A stretch of DNA of 64,000 bases from Bdellovibrionota bacterium FG-1 (GTDB lineage: Bacteria; Bdellovibrionota; UBA1018). The notes beneath the pieces are model-generated. The model saw nothing but the letters and a program-made list of their open reading frames with translations. It was not told the origin of the DNA and did not search any database. Both the position numbers and the translations under genes were made by a program. The stretch lies in contig JBBCAW010000062.1 in the NCBI GenBank assembly GCA_051382295.1, positions 50,040 through 114,039 of the forward strand, given 5' to 3'. Below are positions 11,016 to 18,707 of the stretch, piece by piece; positions within the stretch are counted from its first letter, which is position 1, and each line of letters opens with the position of its first letter.

Positions 11016-12275
11016 CTAACTCAGGTTTTCGAGATAATTTAGGTCTTTTCCAAACGTTTCCTTCAGTCCGAAAAGAGCAACTGCCGCGATTACGAGCGTG
11101 ACCGCACCAACGACCATCGCACTCCAGAGCATGGCCAATGGATCTGAGGTGCCGGCCCATCCTGCCGCGCGGATTAAACCTACCCCCGCTTGAAATGCCA
11201 GTGTAACCGGTACGACCGCTCCTCGAACAAAATTAGGTGCGGTGGTTGTAACGGTGGCTCGTAAATTAGTCCCGAATTGCTCCGAGGCCACTGTCACAAA
11301 AACTGCCCAGTAACCGGTAGCAAAACCCAGGGCGGTACAAAGTCCATAGAAGGCCATGGGAGAGATGCCCCGCAAAGTTCCATAAGCGATGACAAAAGAG
11401 GTCGTTAAAAACAAAAAAATTCCCAAAATTTTGCGACGACTTTGAAAATACTGGCTCAAAAACCCGCTCGCAAAATCGCCAAAAATCAATCCGATGTAGC
11501 AATATTTGATGCTTTGCCCCCCTTTAATGGGACCAGTGACAGCTAAAGCCCGACTGAGTTCAGGCGAAAACGTAATCAGAATGCCAATCACATACCAGAT
11601 GGGCACGCCGACCAAAATACAGCACAAATACCGCTGGAACCGTTCACGGTGCGTAAAAAGGGCGATAAAATCCCCTCTTTTAACGTGGGCATCTGCAGCC
11701 ATGTGTTCAAACATTCCGGAGTCGCTCAATTGAACTCGCAAAAGCAACAAAAAGAGACCCAAGCATCCCCCCATCACATAGGCCGCCTGCCAGGATAATG
11801 TGTCGCCCACCCAAGCAGCAAACACCGCGCCCGATACGCCCACGGTCGCGACAAGGGTAGCACCCCATCCACGAGTTTCTTTAGGCATGATTTCGCTAAT
11901 CAAAGTGATGGCCGCCCCGAGTTCACCGGCGAGCCCCACTCCCGCCAGAAATCGCAAAAGAGTATAGGCTGGCACACTGGTCACTAGCGCATTGCCAAGA
12001 TTTGCCAGGGAGTAGAGAAGGATGGAGCCAAATAAAACCGAGAGTCTACCGCGCTTGTCACCGAGTACGCCCCAAAGCACGCCACCCACAAGCATCCCCG
12101 CCATCTGCGCATTCAGCAGCCAAACGCCCGTGGAGAGAATCTCACTTTCGGGAGTGCCCAGTCCTCTGAGGCTCGGCACTCGGACGATACTAAAGAGGAC
12201 TAAATCGTAAATGTCGACAAAGTAGCCAAGTGAAGCCACCAGAAGGGTAAAGAGAATTTTACGACGATCACTCAT
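11016..12275 (-). CDS. MFS transporter
   Basis: GVLGDKRGR motif A, about 12 TM segments. Confidence 0.93.
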   Translation of the reverse strand: MSDRRKILFTLLVASLGYFVDIYDLVLFSIVRVPSLRGLGTPESEILSTGVWLLNAQMAGMLVGGVLWGVLGDKRGRLSVLFGSILLYSLANLGNALVTSVPAYTLLRFLAGVGLAGELGAAITLISEIMPKETRGWGATLVATVGVSGAVFAAWVGDTLSWQAAYVMGGCLGLFLLLLRVQLSDSGMFEHMAADAHVKRGDFIALFTHRERFQRYLCCILVGVPIWYVIGILITFSPELSRALAVTGPIKGGQSIKYCYIGLIFGDFASGFLSQYFQSRRKILGIFLFLTTSFVIAYGTLRGISPMAFYGLCTALGFATGYWAVFVTVASEQFGTNLRATVTTTAPNFVRGAVVPVTLAFQAGVGLIRAAGWAGTSDPLAMLWSAMVVGAVTLVIAAVALFGLKETFGKDLNYLENLS

Positions 12276-12304
12276 GCGGTAGGCATATAGCGGATGTCGG
12301 TCAT

Positions 12305-13105
12305 CTACACCTCAAAAAAATCCATCAGCACGGCAAAAGGGGCTTGTTCTGGCGACTTTTCGACGATTGGCTCGATATCTTGAAGGAGTTGAAGCATCAT
12401 CGAGCGAATTCGCTCGGCATCGACGCGCGAGATTCCAAACAGGGCCGAATAGTGAAGGGGCTGACCTTTCGGACTTTCGATCGCACTGAGAGCTTTGACC
12501 CGCCAATTGCTATGGTGACGCGGAAGAAGGGGCGATGAAGTCCCGAGATGAATTCGACCGGTCCCAATGGAAAGCTTGCCGCCCTTTTCTTTAACCAGGC
12601 CTCGTTGAATCAAGAAACGGAGCCCCTTTTCAACCAGCTCTGGAGCAAGACCTAACCGCTCAATGATGGCTTCGCTAGTTTGAGTGCCCGGCAACGCGCT
12701 CAGAATGTGAATCGCGCCATACCACCAGGCACTGTAATAAGTGACCTGATCGTCTAAACCGAGTTCGTTTTTAACCCCGATGCGCTCTTTGACTAACTGG
12801 CGTTTTTGCAAAATGGCGTCGGCCTGCGCTTGAAAAAATCGTTCGAGTTCTTTGGACCCTGCTTTGTCTTTTTGAACCAAGAGCATGAAGAACTGACTTT
12901 CTTCAGCGGTGTGCCTGAAAAACTCTGAGGTTTTTAGCGCATGTTCCAGACTCAATTGCGACTTTCCACTCAGGACCTGCGACACAAACGAGGTCTGGCA
13001 CTGAAGATGTCGCGCAAGGCGCGCCCGTCCCCCTTTTTGCAGGGTCTCTTGGTTCATTTGGGCGATGAGGTAGTCTCGATAATGATTAAAATCAAAGAGG
13101 GCCAT
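12305..13105 (-). CDS. TIGR02147/DUF4423-type HTH protein (putative regulator)
   Basis: LFDFNHYRDYL start, HTH (SFVSQVLSGK), YYSAWWY, winged helix, C-terminal MDFFEV. Confidence 0.8.
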   Translation of the reverse strand: MALFDFNHYRDYLIAQMNQETLQKGGRARLARHLQCQTSFVSQVLSGKSQLSLEHALKTSEFFRHTAEESQFFMLLVQKDKAGSKELERFFQAQADAILQKRQLVKERIGVKNELGLDDQVTYYSAWWYGAIHILSALPGTQTSEAIIERLGLAPELVEKGLRFLIQRGLVKEKGGKLSIGTGRIHLGTSSPLLPRHHSNWRVKALSAIESPKGQPLHYSALFGISRVDAERIRSMMLQLLQDIEPIVEKSPEQAPFAVLMDFFEV

Positions 13106-13205
13106 ATTAAGTAATTACTACCTGATTGCGTTAATTTTTCACTACATTTATCTATCGAGCTTAAAAAATTCAAAGCAAACTCATTTCAAGAAGAGCATTG
13201 ACCAC

Positions 13206-14258
13206 TTGGATAACAGGGGAGAAAACACGATTATGGGCATCTGGAAAAATGGATTGGGAATCGCAGCAGTTTCACTGGGCCTTTTGATGGGGCTAAACGC
13301 TCATGCGGGCGTAGGGACAAGTGGCGGGGGTGCCGTCGCGGTTTGTCGAGATGCAGCTGGACATATTCAATCGGCAGAATTACTAGATCTGTACGAGGGC
13401 AAGGTCAGGTTTGGAATGACGATTGATCAGTCCGCAACCGACCCAAACCAGGGGTTTTTACGGGCGGTCTCTCGCTTTGTAGACCAACCTTATTACGGAG
13501 CCTTGATCCGCGAATCCGCCAAAGACGTGCTCGAACGAATGGTGTTTTTGCCACCAGGAGTGGGACTTTCGCCGGGAGTGGACCTCGGAAACGACTACGG
13601 TGTGGTGATTCCAGATGGGTGTCGCCTCGAGTATGTGGGCTACTACGAATCGGATGGGACGCTCAAGGTTGCGCAGCCCGTTTACCGAGCCTTAAGTGCG
13701 ACTGATCGCGCGGCTTTTGTGATCCACGAAGCGGTTTACAAAATCGCGAGAGAATACCTCGGCCAAACCGATTCGAGCCATTCACGGAAATTTACGGCGG
13801 CCCTTTTTGCGGGGAATAATTCGGAGGGGGATCTGATTCATTTGGCGCAGGAGGTGTTTCCGATTCAAGAAGGTGATTCTCTCATTGTTCTTCCCAAAAA
13901 CCTTTCTCATTCAATTGAGGTGATCCAAACCCCACAAGACAGCCAGGTTCTAATACACTACAGTCTGGACTGTTTCGCGGATACTAAAGCCACCGAATTA
14001 ACCCCATTAGAAAGTACGGATTGGGTAGGTAAAGGAAAGAATAAGTTAACCCTCAATCCGACCCAACAATGCCGACGGATCGAATTTAGGCTCTATGCGA
14101 AAGAGATGGGTTATCACTCTGTCGCTTATAATTTTCAGGTCTTTTATGGGGGAAACTTGATCGATATCGGCGAAGTAGCTGCCAATCTTTCGACCTATGC
14201 CCACGTCATCCGTTTCGCCACCAACGTTCAAGTCCCCGCCATCCCAACCCTGCCATAG
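13206..14258 (+). CDS. Secreted hypothetical protein with N-terminal AGxxxSGGG motif
   Basis: Signal peptide ending AHA then GVGTSGGG, ELLDLYEG, HEAVY; true start probably ATG 13233. Confidence 0.8.
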   Translation: MDNRGENTIMGIWKNGLGIAAVSLGLLMGLNAHAGVGTSGGGAVAVCRDAAGHIQSAELLDLYEGKVRFGMTIDQSATDPNQGFLRAVSRFVDQPYYGALIRESAKDVLERMVFLPPGVGLSPGVDLGNDYGVVIPDGCRLEYVGYYESDGTLKVAQPVYRALSATDRAAFVIHEAVYKIAREYLGQTDSSHSRKFTAALFAGNNSEGDLIHLAQEVFPIQEGDSLIVLPKNLSHSIEVIQTPQDSQVLIHYSLDCFADTKATELTPLESTDWVGKGKNKLTLNPTQQCRRIEFRLYAKEMGYHSVAYNFQVFYGGNLIDIGEVAANLSTYAHVIRFATNVQVPAIPTLP

Positions 14259-14333
14259 GGATCACCCAACCGAAGCGCGTCCTCCACCATGAGGGCTCCG
14301 GGTTGACTAGCACGCTGTACCCGCGAACCTCCC

Positions 14334-14471
14334 CTAGCTTCGGTCTAAGTGACTGGAAACGAAATCGATAAGAAAAACCAGAAGTTTCCAGATCAGTAAA
14401 AATAGTGCGGATCTGAACTTCAGTTTTTCATACCGACGCCGAGAAGAATAACATGTTCTTTTATTCTTCAT
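14334..14471 (-). CDS. 45-aa basic/hydrophobic peptide, putative type I toxin: MKNKRTCYSSRRRYEKLKFRSALFLLIWKLLVFLIDFVSSHLDRS
   Basis: GAGAGGTG Shine-Dalgarno just upstream of ATG; frame conserved in all three copies. Confidence 0.8.
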   Translation of the reverse strand: MKNKRTCYSSRRRYEKLKFRSALFLLIWKLLVFLIDFVSSHLDRS

Positions 14472-14475
14472 AAGG

Positions 14476-14514
14476 CACCTCTCTTTCTATCAGGAAGGGA
14501 GGTGTTTTCCTTTT
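14476..14514 (+). terminator. Rho-independent terminator of putative antisense RNA, copy 1 (same sequence in copies 2 and 3)
   Basis: CACCTCTCTTTCT-ATC-AGGAAGGGAGGTG is fully paired with G-U on the + strand and followed by TTTTCCTTTT. Confidence 0.65.
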
Positions 14515-14548
14515 CACGCGCGCCTCGGTTGGGCTGGGTGGATCCTAA

Positions 14549-14564
14549 AGCAAGGTCAGTGCCG
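14549..14564 (-). promoter_or_regulatory. Sigma54 -24/-12 promoter, copy 1
   Basis: CGGCACTGACCTTGCT, GG-N10-GC spacing. Confidence 0.75.
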
Positions 14565-14898
14565 GAAAAAGATGCAAAAAATGGCGATTTTTGAGCAAGA
14601 TCTGTTCGAATTTCGGATCAAAGTGGGGAATCCGGACTTCATTACTGAAACTTCAGTAGGCAGTGCTCATCACCGCCGCTGCGGCTCACTATTACCCACA
14701 TGAGGAGTTTGCGCATTTGTCACTTCGAGATTCGGGAGTCCCAGATCGTTTCGTGAACGTTTTAAATGCACAAGCACCTGCAATGGGTTAACAAACTCAC
14801 TTAAAACCTGAAACGTTTCCTCCTGTCCACTTACCAAGGGTGAGCTAAGCGCCTAATCATTCAATAACTATTTGTTTTAATAATGATTTACATACCTA

Positions 14899-14927
14899 TT
14901 GCACCATACAATATTGTATCATACTAT
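14899..14927 (+). promoter_or_regulatory. Sigma70 promoter with palindromic operator in spacer
   Basis: TTGCAC-N17-TACTAT; ATACAATATTGTAT palindrome at 14906-14919; ATG 7 nt downstream. Confidence 0.65.
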
Positions 14928-14934
14928 ATATCTC

Positions 14935-15471
14935 ATGGACGTTCATACAACTCTCAATCAGTTCGATGAATACCTCGCACAAAGAGGACAAGCCTTTGAA
15001 GCCGTTGTCATTGGTGGCGCTGCCCTCATCGTCATGGGGATCATCAGCCGGGATACGATTGACGTAGATTGCCTTGATCCAAAAATTCCAGATGAAATTC
15101 TGAAACATGCAGCAAATTTTAGAACATCCGCTCCCAATCTTAGACTCCATGAAAAATGGATCAACAATGGTCCAGATTCTCTAATTCGAGACTTACCCCA
15201 TGATTGGCGAACCAGGCTCGTTCCAATTTTTAAGGGAGAATCACTTCATCTTCTTACCTTAGGTCGACTGGACCTCCTAAAAACAAAACTCTTTGCCTTT
15301 TGTGATCGTGATCAAGACCTGCAAGATTGTATGGCATTTAAACCTACTCAAAAAGAACTAGACTCCTGCATAGATTGGGTTTCACAGCGAGATGGAAACC
15401 CAAACTGGCCCGAAAATGTTCGCCGCCATTTTGAGATCCTCAAAAAGAGACTAGGTCATGATCAAACCTAA
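14935..15471 (+). CDS. DUF6036-like nucleotidyltransferase (AbiEii/type IV toxin-like)
   Basis: VIGGAAL...RDTIDVD, WINN, DLLKTKL, RDQDLQD; start moved to ATG 14935. Confidence 0.8.
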   Translation: MDVHTTLNQFDEYLAQRGQAFEAVVIGGAALIVMGIISRDTIDVDCLDPKIPDEILKHAANFRTSAPNLRLHEKWINNGPDSLIRDLPHDWRTRLVPIFKGESLHLLTLGRLDLLKTKLFAFCDRDQDLQDCMAFKPTQKELDSCIDWVSQRDGNPNWPENVRRHFEILKKRLGHDQT

Positions 15472-16141
15472 CCATGACCTTTCACTCAATCAAAAACTTG
15501 CCTCAATCGGCTTTCGAATCAATTATGATTCGCTCGGGTTGAAGTTAAAAAATCTTTCGTTACTAGAAAATGCCGACCTTGAAGAAACCCTCATTCACGC
15601 AGCCTTTGAAGCAAAAACTGATTTTAGAACTCTATCCATTCTCTTAAGCTGGATTACCGTGCACGCCGATTACGTGATTGTTGAGAAATTTTTAAAAAAA
15701 ATAAAATTATTTGAAAAGATCCATGGGGTAAACCGCGTTCTTGATCTCATGGCCGCGCACGCCGTAATAAACGGCAGCCATAAATGGAAAAAAGCCATCC
15801 GAACGCATGTGAAACGTCCCGAGTTTCCAGTCGACCCCGAATTACTTAAAACTTCAATTGAATTTCAAGGGGCCGATGATACACTCAAGAAATTTGGAAT
15901 TTTAATTCCGAAAAAACTCCTCCGAATTCGAACCAGCGATGTTCTACAGCCAGCAGAACTTTCCACCATTAACCCCCAATATCGCAACCGGCTTCTTTTT
16001 GGCGCTTCCTGGCGCTCCGACATTATTACAGCCATTGAGGCTGGAATAAAAAACCCCAATCAGATCTCCAAAATGCTGGGCTGCTCCTATGAGCCCGCCT
16101 ATCGCATCTTCAAAGATTACCGAGCGGCACATGGAATCTAA
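15458..16141 (+). CDS. Hypothetical protein with C-terminal HTH; probable partner of the upstream nucleotidyltransferase
   Basis: Overlaps the upstream gene; C-terminal NPNQISKMLGCSYEPAYRI. Confidence 0.7.
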   Translation: MIKPNHDLSLNQKLASIGFRINYDSLGLKLKNLSLLENADLEETLIHAAFEAKTDFRTLSILLSWITVHADYVIVEKFLKKIKLFEKIHGVNRVLDLMAAHAVINGSHKWKKAIRTHVKRPEFPVDPELLKTSIEFQGADDTLKKFGILIPKKLLRIRTSDVLQPAELSTINPQYRNRLLFGASWRSDIITAIEAGIKNPNQISKMLGCSYEPAYRIFKDYRAAHGI

Positions 16142-16240
16142 AACAACAACTTTTTTGTAGTTTTAAAATCACCCAACCGAGCCGCGTCCTCCGCCATGAG
16201 GGCTCCGGGTTGACTAACACGCTGTACCCGCGAACCTCCC

Positions 16241-16378
16241 CTAGCTTTGGTCTAAGTGGCTGGAAACGAAATCGATAAGAAAAACCAGAAGTTTGCAGAT
16301 CAGTAAAAATAGTGCGGATCTGAACTTCAGCTTTTCATACCGATGCCGAGAAGAATAATAGTACTTCTTATTCTTCAT
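16241..16378 (-). CDS. 45-aa peptide, copy 2: MKNKKYYYSSRHRYEKLKFRSALFLLICKLLVFLIDFVSSHLDQS
   Basis: Same SD, start and stop as copy 1; synonymous differences (AAA/AAG, AGT/AGC). Confidence 0.8.
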   Translation of the reverse strand: MKNKKYYYSSRHRYEKLKFRSALFLLICKLLVFLIDFVSSHLDQS

Positions 16379-16455
16379 AAGGCACCTCTCTTTCTATCAG
16401 GAAGGGAGGTGTTTTCCTTTTCACGCGCGCCTCGGTTGGGCTGGGCGTATCTCAA

Positions 16456-16471
16456 AGCAAAGTCAGTGCCA
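16456..16471 (-). promoter_or_regulatory. Sigma54 -24/-12 promoter, copy 2
   Basis: TGGCACTGACTTTGCT, near-consensus. Confidence 0.8.
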
Positions 16472-16690
16472 TGAAAAGGCGCAAAAATCGGCGATTTTCA
16501 AGCAAAAGCTGTTCAGACTTCGGATCACGACGGGGAATCCGGACTTCATTGCTGAAACTTCAATAGGCAGCGCTGATCACCGCCGCTGCGGCGCTAGGGT
16601 TTTGATCACTATCTAAAATCACCCAACCGAGCCGCGTCCTCCGCCATGAGGGCTCCGGGTTGACTAACACGCTGTACCCGCGAACCTCCC

Positions 16691-16831
16691 CTAGCTTTGG
16701 TCTAAGTGGCTGGAAACGAAATCGATAAGAAAAACCAGAAGTTTGCAGATCAGTAAAAATAGTGCGGATCTGAACTTCAGCTTTTCATACCGATGCCGAG
16801 AAGAATAGTACTTGGACTTCTTATTCTTCAT
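16691..16831 (-). CDS. 46-aa peptide, copy 3: MKNKKSKYYSSRHRYEKLKFRSALFLLICKLLVFLIDFVSSHLDQS
   Basis: Differs from the other copies by a frame-preserving 3-nt insertion. Confidence 0.8.
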   Translation of the reverse strand: MKNKKSKYYSSRHRYEKLKFRSALFLLICKLLVFLIDFVSSHLDQS

Positions 16832-16908
16832 AAGGCACCTCTCTTTCTATCAGGAAGGGAGGTGTTTTCCTTTTCACGCGCGCCTCGGTTGGGCTGGGCG
16901 GATCCCAA

Positions 16909-16924
16909 AGCAAAGTCGGTGCCG
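16909..16924 (-). promoter_or_regulatory. Sigma54 -24/-12 promoter, copy 3
   Basis: CGGCACCGACTTTGCT. Confidence 0.75.
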
Positions 16925-17062
16925 TAAAATATGCCAAAGACAGGCAAATTTCCGGCGAGAGCTGTTCAGAATTCGGATCGGAGTGGGGAATCCGGACTTC
17001 ATTGCTGAAACCTCGATAGCCGGCTCTACTCACCACCACTGCGGCTCACTATGACCCACCTA

Positions 17063-17111
17063 AAAACCGGGTTATAATTGCATTGACATTACACTTATAA
17101 CCCGGTTTTAT
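17063..17111 (+). promoter_or_regulatory. 15-bp inverted repeat operator overlapping a sigma70-like promoter
   Basis: AAAACCGGGTTATAA (17063-17077) and TTATAACCCGGTTTT (17095-17109) flank TTGACA at 17083. Confidence 0.65.
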
Positions 17112-17118
17112 AAAAGAA

Positions 17119-17483
17119 ATGCGCTCATTTACGCTCGAGATCGCTTCTTCCTATTTTCCGCAAAAAACTCAAACAATGGCCCGCCATTTGCTTTTGGGGA
17201 CCTCGCACGTGAACTCATCGAACTTTCCGCTATACTGAATCAACCAACCGTGGCCGAATTTGCAAAAAACACCGGCGTACAAGCAAGACGAATTCAAAAT
17301 CACTTAGATGCTTTAGAAGATCTTTTTGTCCTTTATCGGATAGAATTTTGTTCTTTGTCGGTTGGAAAAACCCGATACATTCCCTTTGAGTGCGGCGTTG
17401 TTGAGCATTTCAAGGCAACCGATGAGCCCAGTCAAAATCTAAAACCTGGAGTAAACGTCCTGCCCTGGCGGGAAATTTTCTAG
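17119..17483 (+). pseudogene. Internally deleted, frameshifted remnant of an AAA/DUF4143-type ATPase
   Basis: Off-frame N-terminal piece HLRSRSLLPIFRKKLKQWPAICFWGPR (pre-Walker A) joined to the wHTH-like piece AEFAKNTGVQARRIQNHLDALEDLFVL and a VLPW C-terminus. Confidence 0.55.
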
Positions 17484-17505
17484 AGGTTTCAACGAAGACA
17501 TAATA

Positions 17506-18336
17506 ATGAAAACCCACATTCGAAACCCCCTCAAACCCAAAGCGCTTTCCAAAAAGCTTCTCCTTTCGGTTCAATTCAAAAACGTTGAAGCCTCATCGAG
17601 TGGCTGGCTTGGGGATTTTGATAAATACACGTTCAAAGACCAAAACGGGTCCGAATACCTCATTAAGGTCGGCCAGGACAAAGCTAAAAACCTTCCCGAA
17701 GTTGAGTTTTTAAGTAATCAAATATCTAGCATCCTTGGAGTCGAAGTCGCGGATTTTGGTCTATGGACCGTCGATGGAAAAAAAGCGTTTGCAACCAAGG
17801 ATTTTCTTAAAAATAATCCGAAAATCCCAGAAACCGCCGGCCTCATCCATTTTAAACGCTATTTCAAAACCAGCGGTCGCTGGGCCTGCGAAGACATCCT
17901 CGACCTCTTAAAAAAACAATCGAGCAGGTCAGCGCACGATATTCGACAATTCATCCGCCTGACCTTGGTCGACGCCCTTATCGGCAACACCGACCGCCAT
18001 GCCTATAATTTAGCCTTTATCCACGAAGACAGTCATCTTTACCTGAGTCCCATTTATGACACCGTCAGCGTTTTCGTGGCCGTCGATCGAGACCCATACG
18101 AGGATTTTATTGACACCTGCAAAATCGGCACAAAAGATCAGGATACGGCGAGATTCGAAGACTATCTAACAGAGTTTAAACGGCTAGGGTTCGCAAAGGA
18201 GGTCACGGTCGTCTTAACGGCCATGACGTCCAAAAAAAATAAAATTTTTGCCTTGATTCAAAAGTCAAAACTTCCCCTCATCAAAAAAGAGTACTGGTGC
18301 GACCGAATCAATAAAACAATCAAGAGCCTCAAATGA
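17506..18336 (+). CDS. HipA/HipT-like kinase toxin
   Basis: YLIK, EFLS, DALIGNTDRHAYN, LSPIYD; lacks the N-terminal Couple_hipA subdomain. Confidence 0.88.
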   Translation: MKTHIRNPLKPKALSKKLLLSVQFKNVEASSSGWLGDFDKYTFKDQNGSEYLIKVGQDKAKNLPEVEFLSNQISSILGVEVADFGLWTVDGKKAFATKDFLKNNPKIPETAGLIHFKRYFKTSGRWACEDILDLLKKQSSRSAHDIRQFIRLTLVDALIGNTDRHAYNLAFIHEDSHLYLSPIYDTVSVFVAVDRDPYEDFIDTCKIGTKDQDTARFEDYLTEFKRLGFAKEVTVVLTAMTSKKNKIFALIQKSKLPLIKKEYWCDRINKTIKSLK

Positions 18337-18704
18337 AAAAAATTCAGGTCACCCTTGAGACCCAACTTAAGAAAAAGATCGTCGGATTTTTATATCGGCG
18401 ACGAGCCGCATGGATATTCGAATACGACCCGTCGTGGATAAATAGCGGCGTTAATATTGACCCCCAATTCGAAAAGAAACCAGGACCCCAACCTTTTAAA
18501 GAATTGCCGGAGTTTTTTTCAGACAGAATCCCGCCACTGGGGTCTCAGATGAGAGGCGCCTACGGAAAAGCATGGAAACTTAATCACTCGGAGCATGACG
18601 AAATGTCACTTCTAGTTACCGTCGGCCATCGGGGACCGACGAACTATGTCTTTTACCCCATCGGGTTCACCCCAGGACTTTGGGCAGAGCTGGAAAAACG
18701 CTAA
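18333..18704 (+). CDS. HipA N-terminal domain (HipS-like) protein
   Basis: VGFL...WIFEYDPSW...LPEFFSDRIP; ATGA-coupled to the kinase. Confidence 0.8.
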   Translation: MKKIQVTLETQLKKKIVGFLYRRRAAWIFEYDPSWINSGVNIDPQFEKKPGPQPFKELPEFFSDRIPPLGSQMRGAYGKAWKLNHSEHDEMSLLVTVGHRGPTNYVFYPIGFTPGLWAELEKR

Positions 18705-18707
18705 AAC

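Larger units (their letters stand above)
14261..14699 (-). repeat. Long direct repeat unit, copy 1 (peptide ORF + structured RNA + sigma54 promoter)
   Basis: Aligns by eye end to end with 16168-16592 and 16618-17059. Confidence 0.95.
16168..16592 (-). repeat. Long direct repeat unit, copy 2
   Basis: As copy 1; 450-bp offset to copy 3. Confidence 0.95.
16618..17059 (-). repeat. Long direct repeat unit, copy 3
   Basis: As copies 1 and 2. Confidence 0.95.

Noticed and set aside
14261..14533. Retron msr-msd (terminal inverted repeats resemble a1/a2)
   Set aside because: No reverse transcriptase in the window, and the interior is a conserved peptide ORF with an SD
16812..17054. ORF-track ORFs 16812-17054 (+) and 16821-17039 (-)
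   Set aside because: They run through the promoter and leader part of repeat copy 3 and have no counterpart in the ORF track for copies 1 and 2
14261..17059. CRISPR array, integron cassettes or IS/MITE copies
   Set aside because: Units are ~430-450 bp with no repeat-spacer period, no recognisable attC sites, no cas/integrase/transposase, and conservation extends ~160 bp beyond the inverted repeat
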